From a virus (lineage: Duplodnaviria; Caudoviricetes), in IMG/VR virus record IMGVR_UViG_3300013132_000081, positions 1 through 46,769 of that record: DNA of 46,769 nt; one strand, written 5' to 3'. The notes beneath the pieces were generated by a model, which was given only the letters and a program-made list of their open reading frames with translations, made no database searches and was not told the DNA's origin. Below are positions 9,116 through 17,506 of the stretch, in pieces. The first letter of the stretch is position 1. Every line of letters begins with the position of its first letter. Position numbers and translations under genes: made by a program.

Positions 9116-10150
9116 ATGGTGATGGTCCTCGACCTGGCCGACCCGCAGGAGCTCCTGGGGTACACCCGGGGCATCCAGGAGGAGCTGGAGGCCAACCGCT
9201 TCACGCTCAACCAGTACCTGCCCAACGACTTCATCGACGAGATCGAGTTCCGCATCACGCAGGGCAACCTGCGCGACGCGGACGCCGCCAAGATCCGGGC
9301 GTGGGACACCGAGTCCCCGATCGGCTCGAGGCAGGGTCTCAGCCGCATCTGGGGCGAGCTGCCCCCGATCAGCAAGAAGATCCGCCTCGGTGAGGAGGAG
9401 CGCCTCCGCAAGAGGGCCCTCGAGCGGGGCGAGAACTCCGCCCTCGTCGACGCGATCTACGACGACGCGGCCCAGATGGCCCGCGCCGTCATCGCCCGCG
9501 TCGAGCTGCTGAGGGGCGAGGCGCTCTTCAACGCCCAGCTCGTCATCAACGAGAACGGCGTCAAGCAGACCGTGGACTTCGGCCGCAAGGCCGAGCACTC
9601 GGTCACCGCCGCGACCCTCTGGTCCAACGCCGCGACGGCCACCCCGGTCGCCAACATGCGGGCCTGGACCGAGGCCTACATCGACACCAACGGCTCGGCC
9701 CCGGCCTTCGCCCTGACGTCGAACAAGGTCCTCAGCGACCTCCTGCTCAACAACGAGATCCGGCAGCTGGCGTACAACGTCGGCGGCGGCACGGTCCCGT
9801 CGTTCACCACGCCGGAGACGGTCAACTCCGTCTTCCGCGCCTTCGGCCTGCCGGAGATCCGGACCTACGACGCCAAGGCGCGAGTCGACGGCGTCCAGAC
9901 CCGGATCACCCCGGAGCGCCAGATCGTGCTCATGCCCTCGGCGGACGAGCCCCTGGGCGCGACGCTGTTCGGCGAGACGGCCGAGTCGATGGAGCTGGTC
10001 GAGGCCCGCGCCATCGACCAGGACCAGGCCCCCGGCCTGGTCGCCACGGTGCACAAGCTCGACGACCCGGTCTCCACCTGGACCAAGGTCGCCGGCATCG
10101 CGCTCCCCGTGCTGGTCAACCCGGACCTCACCTTCCGGGCCAACGTCTGA
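9116..10150 (+). CDS. Major capsid protein (lambda gpE-like)
   Basis: 344 aa; ELPPISKK, VDFGR, LPVL..P motifs; position; strong codon bias. Confidence 0.92.
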   Translation: MVMVLDLADPQELLGYTRGIQEELEANRFTLNQYLPNDFIDEIEFRITQGNLRDADAAKIRAWDTESPIGSRQGLSRIWGELPPISKKIRLGEEERLRKRALERGENSALVDAIYDDAAQMARAVIARVELLRGEALFNAQLVINENGVKQTVDFGRKAEHSVTAATLWSNAATATPVANMRAWTEAYIDTNGSAPAFALTSNKVLSDLLLNNEIRQLAYNVGGGTVPSFTTPETVNSVFRAFGLPEIRTYDAKARVDGVQTRITPERQIVLMPSADEPLGATLFGETAESMELVEARAIDQDQAPGLVATVHKLDDPVSTWTKVAGIALPVLVNPDLTFRANV

Positions 10151-10162
10151 CCGACGGCCAAG

Positions 10163-10200
10163 GACGGCCCCTGACCCACTTCCCCGGGCCAGGGGCCGTC
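10163..10200 (+). terminator. Hairpin terminator after the capsid gene
   Basis: GACGGCCCCTG...CAGGGGCCGTC inverted repeat. Confidence 0.7.
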
Positions 10201-10255
10201 CCCGTCTTGCGGCACACTCGAACAGTCGACACAACACCTTCACGAAGGAGCACCA

Positions 10256-10585
10256 ATGCCCGAGGTCAAGCAGAACGTCTACGTCCACCGCGAGGACGGG
10301 TCGTCCGTCTTCTACGCGGTCGGCGACGACATGCCCGCCAAGGACGCCAAGCTCGTGGGCGAGCACGTCTTCAAGGCGGACGGCGAGGACGCCGGCGACC
10401 TGCCGGCCGCCGGCCCCAGCCAGACCGCCCGCCGCAAGACGGCCGCGGAGAAGCGCGCCGAGAAGGAGGCCGAGGCAGCCGCCCAGGCCGCCCGCGACGA
10501 GGCCGAGCGCGAGGCCGCGGCCGAGGAGGCCGCCCGCAAGGCGGCCGAGGAGCAGGCCGCCAGGGACGCCGCCGGCCAGAGCTGA
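10256..10585 (+). CDS. Small post-capsid virion-associated protein
   Basis: AAGGAG RBS; short beta-rich N-terminus plus Ala/Glu-rich helical tail. Confidence 0.75.
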   Translation: MPEVKQNVYVHREDGSSVFYAVGDDMPAKDAKLVGEHVFKADGEDAGDLPAAGPSQTARRKTAAEKRAEKEAEAAAQAARDEAEREAAAEEAARKAAEEQAARDAAGQS

Positions 10586-10600
10586 CCGACGGCCCAGTAC

Positions 10601-10644
10601 CAACGGCCCCGCCCCGGGATCCTCCCCCCGGGACGGGGCCGTTG
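10601..10644 (+). terminator. Hairpin terminator upstream of the peptide gene
   Basis: CAACGGCCCCG-CCCGGG...CCCGGG-CGGGGCCGTTG. Confidence 0.75.
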
Positions 10645-10697
10645 CAGTCCGCCGCCGGTGGCAGGCGCGTGGACACCGGGCGGGGTAGCCTGGTCCC

Positions 10698-10802
10698 ATG
10701 AAGACCGTCAAGCGCGCCGTCCTGTCCGTCACCCTCGCCGTCACCGCCGTCCTCGGCTCCGCGACCTTCGCGGCCGCCAAGGACACCACCTGGGGGTACT
10801 GA
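10698..10802 (+). CDS. 34-aa secreted pro-peptide MKTVKRAVLSVTLAVTAVLGSATFAAAKDTTWGY
   Basis: Translated by hand; all 34 codons end in G/C; basic n-region, hydrophobic h-region, AAA cleavage motif; TAGCCT -10 box 6 nt before the ATG (leaderless). Confidence 0.85.
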   Translation: MKTVKRAVLSVTLAVTAVLGSATFAAAKDTTWGY

Positions 10803-10824
10803 CCCCCCACGGCGACCCGAGCGG

Positions 10825-10860
10825 GAGCCCCTAGTCCTCGTCGAGGGCTGGGGGCTCTTT
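10825..10860 (+). terminator. Intrinsic terminator after the peptide gene
   Basis: GAGCCCCTAGTCCTC...GAGGGCTGGGGGCTC followed by TTT. Confidence 0.8.
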
Positions 10861-10881
10861 CCATTCAGTTTGGATTGGGGG

Positions 10882-10911
10882 GTTACGTGCCGTCCATCAC
10901 CGTGGTACTCT
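10882..10911 (+). promoter_or_regulatory. Promoter GTTACG-N18-TACTCT (leaderless, for gene at 10918)
   Basis: Same architecture as the right-arm promoters; ATG 6 nt downstream of the -10 box. Confidence 0.7.
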
Positions 10912-10917
10912 TCTCAC

Positions 10918-11136
10918 ATGACCACCAACGAGAACACCTTCCTGCCGACCGACCGCACCTGGTCCGAGACCCCCGTCCCCGCCCTGAAGGCCGGCGACAG
11001 GGTCCACGTCGGGTTCATGTCCGCCCGCATCGAGTCCATCGACGAGGTCCTCGTCGGCCGCCGCCTCCACCTGAACGACGGCCGCACCCTCTTGATCCGC
11101 AAGACCGTCACCCTTCCCGTCGCCAAGGAGAGCTGA
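10918..11136 (+). CDS. Small beta-rich protein (LKAGD motif family)
   Basis: Leaderless ATG; PVPALKAGDRV motif shared with right-arm genes. Confidence 0.75.
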   Translation: MTTNENTFLPTDRTWSETPVPALKAGDRVHVGFMSARIESIDEVLVGRRLHLNDGRTLLIRKTVTLPVAKES

Positions 11137-11139
11137 CCC

Positions 11140-11493
11140 ATGGAGATCCAGACCTTCGCCGAGTCCGTCGTGCCCAAGGAGATCGTCCGCGGTCGCCGCG
11201 ACGCCCTCGTCCTTCAGGGCCTCGCCCCCGAGGACGTCGTCGGGTACTACACCCCCCGCGAGGGAGGGGAGATCCGTACGTGGTTCGCCCTGCCCGACGG
11301 CAGCGGCCACGGGTGCACCCACAAGGGGTGGTTCCTCAACGCCTGCCCCGCGTGCCGCGAGGCGGACGAGAGGATCGACGCCTGCAAGGTGTGGGGCCCT
11401 CACCGCCACTTCGTCGACTCCTCCGGCCGGTGGGTCGTGTCCGACCGCCTCGGGTACACCCGCCTCGAGCGCGAGGTCGTGGTGCCGGAGTGA
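11140..11493 (+). CDS. Hypothetical protein with C-x-H...CxxC
   Basis: AAGGAG RBS; GCTH..NACPAC. Confidence 0.75.
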   Translation: MEIQTFAESVVPKEIVRGRRDALVLQGLAPEDVVGYYTPREGGEIRTWFALPDGSGHGCTHKGWFLNACPACREADERIDACKVWGPHRHFVDSSGRWVVSDRLGYTRLEREVVVPE

Positions 11494-11618
11494 TCGCCCG
11501 CCTCATCGCCGGCCGGCGCCCGAAGGAGGCGCCGGCCCCCGCCGCCCCGGAGCGCGTGGCCGCCCCGTGGGAGTCGCACCCGATCACCTGTCGGTGCCGC
11601 AGCGTCTGCGGGTACTGA
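11490..11618 (+). CDS. Small Cys-tailed hypothetical protein
   Basis: GTGA coupling; ends HPITCRCRSVCGY. Confidence 0.5.
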   Translation: MIARLIAGRRPKEAPAPAAPERVAAPWESHPITCRCRSVCGY

Positions 11619-11661
11619 CCCGGCGGCGGCACGATGGTCCCCGAGACAGAGGAGGGCCACC

Positions 11662-11988
11662 GTGCCGCTGACCGCAGATCAGACCGCGTACTTCGAGAGC
11701 CGCCTGGGCACGCCCCTGGACGCGCCGGACCTGGAGACGCGGCTCCTGCGCCTCCTGACCGCCCCGAGGGTCGCCGTCGAGGTCCTGGAGATCCGCCTCG
11801 CGACCATGCTCCGCGACCCCCTGTCGTTCGCCATCCCCGGCGACTACCAGGAGGACAGGTCCCGGAACGTCGAGCACATCCGCTCGATGCTGGAGCTCGC
11901 CCGCGCTGAGGCCGTCGAGGCCGACGGCGGCACCGCCTCCTCGGTCCTCACCGCCGCGGCCCCTCCGGCCCCCCGCTGGGGCCGGTAG
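11662..11988 (+). CDS. Putative head-to-tail adaptor
   Basis: AGGAGG RBS; 108-aa helical protein between head and neck genes. Confidence 0.55.
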   Translation: MPLTADQTAYFESRLGTPLDAPDLETRLLRLLTAPRVAVEVLEIRLATMLRDPLSFAIPGDYQEDRSRNVEHIRSMLELARAEAVEADGGTASSVLTAAAPPAPRWGR

Positions 11989-11991
11989 CCC

Positions 11992-13764
11992 GTGCCCTCC
12001 CGGCAGCCGCCGGCCGCCTCCGCCGCGTCGCGGCCGCTCATCGAGGCCTACGCCCGCGCCTGGGAGCGGGTCGAGGACCTGCAGGCGTCCATCGCCGACG
12101 ACCCCCGCCGCTGGCGCCAGGCCGCCAAGCTGGCCGAGGCCCAGCGGGCCATCGAGGCGTCCCTGGACGGCCTTGACGCCATGGCCCAGGACTGGTTCAC
12201 CAACGAGTTCCCCAGGGTCCACGCCATGGGCGTGAACGCCGGGGCCCGCGAGCTCCTCGCGCCCGCCGGCCAGGTCTGGGACGCGATCAACCCCGAGGCC
12301 GTCAGCCGGCTGGCCAACGAGGGCTTCGACGACCTGCTCAGGTCCACCCGCCTGACCCGCAGGACGACCAAGGACCTGATCCGCCGGGTCGTCGGCGACG
12401 AGGCCCTGCAGAAGGCCATCCAGGGCGACACGGCCGTCGCGGCCGCGCGCCGGGCCAGGAAGCTGCTGGCGGACCACGGCATCTACTCGGTCGTCTACTC
12501 CGACGGGACCAAGGTCGGCCTGAAGCAGTACGCCTCCATGGCCGTCCGAACCAAGACCGCCCAGGCCTACAACCTCGGGACCATCGACGCCGGCAGGACC
12601 CAGGGCGTCGACAAGTGGGAGATCTTCGACGGGGACTGCGGGCTGACCACCCACGACGGCCCGACCTGCAACGGCCTCATCGTCACCGGCGACATCGCGA
12701 TGGCCTACCCGATCAGCCACCCGAACTGCCAGCGGGCCTTCGGCGCCCGGCCCGACCTGTCGGCCGGCTTCGACAAGCGGGTCAGCGACCAGGACCTCGC
12801 GGCCATGACCGACGAGGAGAAGCGCCTCGCCAGGAACGAGGCCAGCCGCCGGTCCAAGGCGAAGGCCAAGGCCCGCAAGGAGGCGGAGGCCAGGGCCAGG
12901 ACCCAGGCCCCGCCGCCGGCCGCGGCCGAGACCGAGCTGCAGAAGCTCCAGCGCGAGATGCGCGAGACCATGGCCAAGCGCAAGGCCTTGGCCCAGGCGA
13001 CCAGGGAGGCGGAGCGCAGGCTCGCCACGCCGCCGGCCAACCCCGGCTGGCCGCCCGCCCCGAAGTCGGCCAAGGCGTCCGTCCGCGAGGTCGACCTGCC
13101 TGACCCGCCCCCGCCCCCGAAGCCTCCCGACGGCTGGCCGCCTCCGCCGCGCGCCAAGGGCCGGAGCACCGACCAGACCAAGCGCCTCCCGCCCGACGCC
13201 GGCCGGACCCCCGCCGACGCGGCCCGGCGGAGCCGCTTCGAGCAGGAGCTCCCCGAGCTCGGGGACAGGTCCGCGGCCAACGCCCTGCGCGGGGCCAACC
13301 CCCGCTACCGGGACGGCCAGGAGTACCGGGTCAACTGCACCAACACCGTGACGGCGTACGAGCTCAGGCGCCGGGGCTACGACGTCTCGGCGGCCGGCCT
13401 GCAGAACAACACGACCGGCCGGTCCATCCAGGACTTCATGGACGCCTGGGGCGGGGACGCGCGGAGGGTGGCCGACAACCCGGCCTTCGACCGCGACGAC
13501 CTCATCAGGACGATCAAGGCGGACATGCCCGACGGCGCCCGCGGCTTCGCCATGGTGGTGTACAACTCCGGCATGCGCCGGGGCGGCCACATCTTCTCCT
13601 GGGAGTACCACGGCGGCAAGGTCCACTGGATCGACCCGCAGACCGGGCAGGCCTTCAAGGAGGCCGACAACTTCCTCTTCGACGGGGCTACCCGGGACCT
13701 GGTCATGTACGGCAGACTGGACGACATGGGCACCTACTCCGACCTGATGGAGCACCTGGCGTGA
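11992..13764 (+). CDS. MuF-like minor capsid protein with C-terminal papain-fold (Tox-PL-like) toxin domain
   Basis: MuF motifs YASMAVRT..AQAYN and HPNCQR; Pro-rich linker; NC..AYELRRRGY, GGHIF and IDPQ give a Cys-His-Asp triad. Confidence 0.85.
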   Translation: MPSRQPPAASAASRPLIEAYARAWERVEDLQASIADDPRRWRQAAKLAEAQRAIEASLDGLDAMAQDWFTNEFPRVHAMGVNAGARELLAPAGQVWDAINPEAVSRLANEGFDDLLRSTRLTRRTTKDLIRRVVGDEALQKAIQGDTAVAAARRARKLLADHGIYSVVYSDGTKVGLKQYASMAVRTKTAQAYNLGTIDAGRTQGVDKWEIFDGDCGLTTHDGPTCNGLIVTGDIAMAYPISHPNCQRAFGARPDLSAGFDKRVSDQDLAAMTDEEKRLARNEASRRSKAKAKARKEAEARARTQAPPPAAAETELQKLQREMRETMAKRKALAQATREAERRLATPPANPGWPPAPKSAKASVREVDLPDPPPPPKPPDGWPPPPRAKGRSTDQTKRLPPDAGRTPADAARRSRFEQELPELGDRSAANALRGANPRYRDGQEYRVNCTNTVTAYELRRRGYDVSAAGLQNNTTGRSIQDFMDAWGGDARRVADNPAFDRDDLIRTIKADMPDGARGFAMVVYNSGMRRGGHIFSWEYHGGKVHWIDPQTGQAFKEADNFLFDGATRDLVMYGRLDDMGTYSDLMEHLA

Positions 13765-14144
13765 GGGTCAACGACTTCGAGCAGGCCAGGGCCAGGGCCC
13801 TGGCCTGGGCCGGCGACTCCTTCATCAGCCGGGGCACCCTGGCCGCGCTGGACTCCGGGCAGGAGGACGACTGGTACTTCCGGGTCGTCCTGGGCGCCCG
13901 CGAGTGGCTGGTCGGGCGGGACCCGCTCTTCGCCCCGGCGGAGGAGCCCGTCATCCTGGTCGAGAAGGCCACCGGCCGGGTCTCGGTTCACAGCTTCGCC
14001 GAGGCGCAGGCCGGCCTGTCGCTCATGCGGCCGGTCGGCGCGGGCGAGGTCTTCGACCCCGTGCCGGCCGAGGAGGCCAAGCGCCGCGCCAGGCGCAGCG
14101 TAGAGGCCCGCCTGGCCCGCCGCAGGCGCTTCAAGGGCAAGTAG
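13761..14144 (+). CDS. Putative immunity protein for the MuF toxin (Imm35/YrhB-like)
   Basis: GTGA-coupled to the toxin; FEQARARA...PVILVEKATGRV pattern. Confidence 0.65.
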   Translation: MRVNDFEQARARALAWAGDSFISRGTLAALDSGQEDDWYFRVVLGAREWLVGRDPLFAPAEEPVILVEKATGRVSVHSFAEAQAGLSLMRPVGAGEVFDPVPAEEAKRRARRSVEARLARRRRFKGK

Positions 14145-14163
14145 CAGCCCGACAGGGCGCGGC

Positions 14164-14194
14164 GAGCCCAGATCGCGCCTGGTGGCTCCTGGCG
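14164..14194 (+). repeat. 31-bp repeat, copy 1 (inverted copy at 29222-29252)
   Basis: GAGCCCAGATCGCGCCTGGTGGCTCCTGGCG is an exact match to the reverse complement of 29222-29252. Confidence 0.9.
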
Positions 14195-14217
14195 GCGCCC
14201 CGGGGCACAATCGACCC

Positions 14218-14583
14218 ATGCCCACGCCACTGACTGTCCGGTACGCCCCTAACGGCGGCAAGGCCCAGCTCGAGGTCGACGGCAAGGACCTGTCCGAGCA
14301 CGTCGGCAGGGTGACCATCGACCACCACGGCGGCAGCCTGGCCCAGGTCTACCTGGAGCTCAGCCCGAAGGCCGACCTGGACGAGGTCCTGGTCGAGGGC
14401 ATGGTCCACGTCAAGGAGACCGTCCACGAGGACCCCGCCGACGCGACCCTCCGCTTCCTCGACCCGATCGACCCGGCCGAGTTCGAGAAGGCCGTGCTGT
14501 CGGCCATGGAGCTCGGCGGCCCGCAGACCTTCGGCGCGGCGGCTCTCCACGTCCTCCGCGGGTACGCCGGGGGCAAGCCGTGA
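14218..14583 (+). CDS. Hypothetical protein
   Basis: Leaderless ATG after CACAAT; GTGA coupling to the next gene. Confidence 0.75.
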   Translation: MPTPLTVRYAPNGGKAQLEVDGKDLSEHVGRVTIDHHGGSLAQVYLELSPKADLDEVLVEGMVHVKETVHEDPADATLRFLDPIDPAEFEKAVLSAMELGGPQTFGAAALHVLRGYAGGKP

Positions 14584-15914
14584 CGCTGATCCGCGGGTAC
14601 GCCCTCGACGAGGGCGCCGGCTCCACCGCCGCCGAGGTCGGGGGCGGTGCCGCGCTCACCGGCATCCCCGGCTGGGACGCCTCCGGCCGTCACGGCGCAG
14701 CGATGCGGGTCAACGGCGTCGCGGGCCCCACCTTCTCCCCCTTCGCGGCCGACACAGCCTTCACGATCATGCTGGACGTCTTCATCGTGGGGGGCGGGAC
14801 CGGCGGGGTCACCATGATCCTCAGCGGCTCGGAGCTGGGCAACCTCCAGGTGATCAATGCCTCTGGCATCGTCGAGTGGTACCTCGGCCCCTACCCGACC
14901 ACCCAGGCCGTCCCGCAGGCCCAATGGGTCAACCTCGCCATCACGGCGGACGGCACGACCCGCCGGGTGTTCATCGACGGCGCCCCGGCCAGTGGGGGCA
15001 GCAGCGCCTCGGCGCCGCGCTCGGGCACCTCCCCGATCCAGGTCGGCGGGTACTTCGCCGGGGGCTACTCCCCCAACATCCGCGTGGACAACCTCCGCGT
15101 CTTCGACACGGCGCTGTCGGAAGCCGAGGTCGCCGCCCTCGCCGGAACCTCGGTCGGGGAGCCGCCCCCGCCCCCCAACCAGCCCCCGTCCGTCAGCGCC
15201 GGCCAGGACCAGGCCGGGTACGTTGGGGCGCAGGTCACCCTGGCCGCCGTGGGCTCCGACGCCGACGGGACGATCGCCTCCTACGCCTGGACCCAGACCG
15301 CCGGGGAGGCGGTCGTCCTCGCGGGGGCGGGCGCCAACAGGACCTTCACCCCGGCCACGGCCGGGGTGCGGACCTTCCAGGTCGTGGCCACCGACGACGA
15401 CGGCGCCCAGTCGCCGCCCGACTCGGTCACCGTGACCACCCTCGACGTGCCCGAGCAGGGCGCGGCCGTGGCTGGCACCTCGGGCCCCAACCTGGCCGGG
15501 GCCCGGCGCGCGGTCGAGGCCCTGATGGACGACCGGTGCCGGGTCACCGCCCCGGTGGACCCGTCGTCCTGGGTCCTCGACGAGAACCTCCGCCTCGTGC
15601 CGCCCCCGGGAGCCCCCGCCCTGTACGAGGGGCCGTTCAAGTTCGGCCCCGACGGAGGCAGCCAGGACAGGTCCGTCGGCGGCGTGCAGCAGGCCGTGGT
15701 CGGCCAGCAGCTCGACTTCCCCGTCGACCGGGCCGTGGGCGACGTGGTGGTGCCGACCCCCGTCTTCCCGGCCGGCACCCTGGTCACCGTCACCGCCTGC
15801 AGGCGCGACCCGCTCGCCGTCGGGCAGACCTTCGAGGTCAGGGAGCCGGTGCTCAAGACGATGGCCGTCAAGCGCGCCTTCCTGGCCGACAGGCTGGACC
15901 GGACCGAGCCGTGA
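14580..15914 (+). CDS. LamG/ConA-like plus PKD/Ig-like domains fused to a head-to-tail stopper (DUF6093-like)
   Basis: YALDEGAGST...WVNLAITADG..VFIDG..DNLRVFDTALS (LamG); NQPPSVSAG..DADGTIASYAWTQ..TDDDGA (PKD); ALMDDRCRV..LYEG (stopper). Confidence 0.75.
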   Translation: MTLIRGYALDEGAGSTAAEVGGGAALTGIPGWDASGRHGAAMRVNGVAGPTFSPFAADTAFTIMLDVFIVGGGTGGVTMILSGSELGNLQVINASGIVEWYLGPYPTTQAVPQAQWVNLAITADGTTRRVFIDGAPASGGSSASAPRSGTSPIQVGGYFAGGYSPNIRVDNLRVFDTALSEAEVAALAGTSVGEPPPPPNQPPSVSAGQDQAGYVGAQVTLAAVGSDADGTIASYAWTQTAGEAVVLAGAGANRTFTPATAGVRTFQVVATDDDGAQSPPDSVTVTTLDVPEQGAAVAGTSGPNLAGARRAVEALMDDRCRVTAPVDPSSWVLDENLRLVPPPGAPALYEGPFKFGPDGGSQDRSVGGVQQAVVGQQLDFPVDRAVGDVVVPTPVFPAGTLVTVTACRRDPLAVGQTFEVREPVLKTMAVKRAFLADRLDRTEP

Positions 15915-16315
15915 CCCAGGTCAGCGTCGCCGTCGTCGGCGCCCACCGGGCGGCGCTGGACTTCATCGACGCCAGCCGCGAGAACGACGCCAAGCTCCGG
16001 GCCCTGGTCAGGCACCACGGCCACCTGCTGCGCACGGCGGTCATGCGGAACGCCTCCGGACGGCCCGGGCCCAACGTCATCACCGGCGACTACCGCCGCA
16101 GCATCACCGTCCAGTTCTACGAGGGAGACGGTAACTTCGTCGCGACGGTCGGGACCAACCTGCCCCAGGGCAGGCGCCTCGAGTTCGGCTTCCACGGCGC
16201 CGACTCCCTGGGCCGCGTCTACAACCAGCCCCCCTACCCGCACTTCGGCCCCGCGATGGACACCATCGGGCCCGACTTCAACTCCGGCATCGCCGCACTA
16301 GTCGAGGAGATCTGA
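15911..16315 (+). CDS. HK97 gp10-like neck/tail completion protein
   Basis: TGDYRRSI, VGTN, LEFG and PYPHFGPA motifs. Confidence 0.85.
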   Translation: MTQVSVAVVGAHRAALDFIDASRENDAKLRALVRHHGHLLRTAVMRNASGRPGPNVITGDYRRSITVQFYEGDGNFVATVGTNLPQGRRLEFGFHGADSLGRVYNQPPYPHFGPAMDTIGPDFNSGIAALVEEI

Positions 16316-16752
16316 TGACGCCCGACCGCTCCCTGGTCACCGAGTGGCTGATGGACCTCCTCAAGGCCGACCCGGCCGAGTACGGCGTCGGCGACCACAA
16401 GGCCCCGGCGGACGCCGCGCACCCCTACTGGGTCGTCTGGTCCATCCCCGGGGGCAGCCAGTCCGGTCCGCCCCTCGGCGCGATCCAGGCCGATGCCTCC
16501 TACGTCTACCAGGTCGACAGCGTCGGCCTGACCCGCGACCAGGCGGAGAAGCTGGCGACCCGGGCGCGCAGGCGGGTGGCCGACAGGCTCGAGACCGGCG
16601 CGTACGCCACCGCTGCGGAGCACCCGGCTGGCATGGTCGTCTCCGACAGAATCGCGGAGGGATCAGCCGGGGCGCCCATCCCGGAGGGTTCCTACCCCAA
16701 CGAGGTCTACACGGTCTCCGAGAGGTTCGTCATCAGCGTCAGCGCCAGCTGA
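16315..16752 (+). CDS. Tail terminator protein
   Basis: Position; AP...PYWVV and YQVDSVG..RDQA pattern. Confidence 0.75.
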   Translation: MTPDRSLVTEWLMDLLKADPAEYGVGDHKAPADAAHPYWVVWSIPGGSQSGPPLGAIQADASYVYQVDSVGLTRDQAEKLATRARRRVADRLETGAYATAAEHPAGMVVSDRIAEGSAGAPIPEGSYPNEVYTVSERFVISVSAS

Positions 16753-16778
16753 CAACCCAAACCGAGAGGGGCCATCGC

Positions 16779-17105
16779 ATGGCACTCATCCCCGAGGCGG
16801 TGGTCGCGCCGGCCGGCGCCACCCCGGCGCCCAGGGCAGCCGCGGCGAACGACACGGTCGTACCCGGCGAGGACGTCTACCTGCACGTAGACAACGCCTC
16901 CGCCGGGCCCGTCACTGTGACCGTCGTCGCCAAGCGGCCCTGCAGCCAGGGCTCGCTCCACGACTACTCCGTCTCCGTCCCCGCCGGCCAGAAGCGGATC
17001 ATCGGCCCGGTCGAGACCTACCGCTTCGCCGACCCGGTCACCGGGCTGGCTTCCGTCAACTACTCGGCGACCGCCTCGGTCACCGTCTACTCCGTGAGGG
17101 GCTGA
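16779..17105 (+). CDS. Small beta-rich virion protein
   Basis: GAGAGG RBS; YLHVDN...VTVTV...SVPAGQKRIIGP; located in the tail operon. Confidence 0.75.
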   Translation: MALIPEAVVAPAGATPAPRAAAANDTVVPGEDVYLHVDNASAGPVTVTVVAKRPCSQGSLHDYSVSVPAGQKRIIGPVETYRFADPVTGLASVNYSATASVTVYSVRG

Positions 17106-17108
17106 CCC

Positions 17109-17498
17109 ATGAAGATGATCCACCCCGACGTGGAGGCCATCGCCGACGTCGTCAGCGACCAGGTCTTCCACGCCGTCTGGGCCCCCCGGGGCTGGAAGCT
17201 CCTCGGCGACGCCGAGGCCTTCGCCTCCGAGGTCCTGGGCAAGCCGGTCAAGCAGGTCAACGACCTGAAGGTCGACGAGCTCAAGGCGCTGGTCTCGGCC
17301 CGCGGGCTCGAGTACCCCCCGACCACGTCCAAGAAGGACGAGGTCATCAAGACGTTCCGAGGCACGTTCGCCGAGGAGCCGGTCGCCGACGAGGCGCCCG
17401 AGGGTGAGGGCGAGGGCGACGGAGACGACGCCCCCGACGCCGACCCGAAGTCCACCAACAGCTCCGCCCCGGCGGACACCAACCAGAAGGGTAAGTGA
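17109..17498 (+). CDS. Protein with SAP/HeH-LEM-like helical motif
   Basis: DLKVDELKALVSARGLEY....KKDEVI; acidic tail. Confidence 0.65.
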   Translation: MKMIHPDVEAIADVVSDQVFHAVWAPRGWKLLGDAEAFASEVLGKPVKQVNDLKVDELKALVSARGLEYPPTTSKKDEVIKTFRGTFAEEPVADEAPEGEGEGDGDDAPDADPKSTNSSAPADTNQKGK

Positions 17499-17506
17499 GG
17501 TAAGCC

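Noticed and set aside
10698-11618. Canonical arbitrium (aimR-aimP-aimX) locus or RiPP cluster
   Set aside because: No TPR/HTH receptor of about 380 aa and no modifying enzymes nearby; neighbours are under 120 aa.
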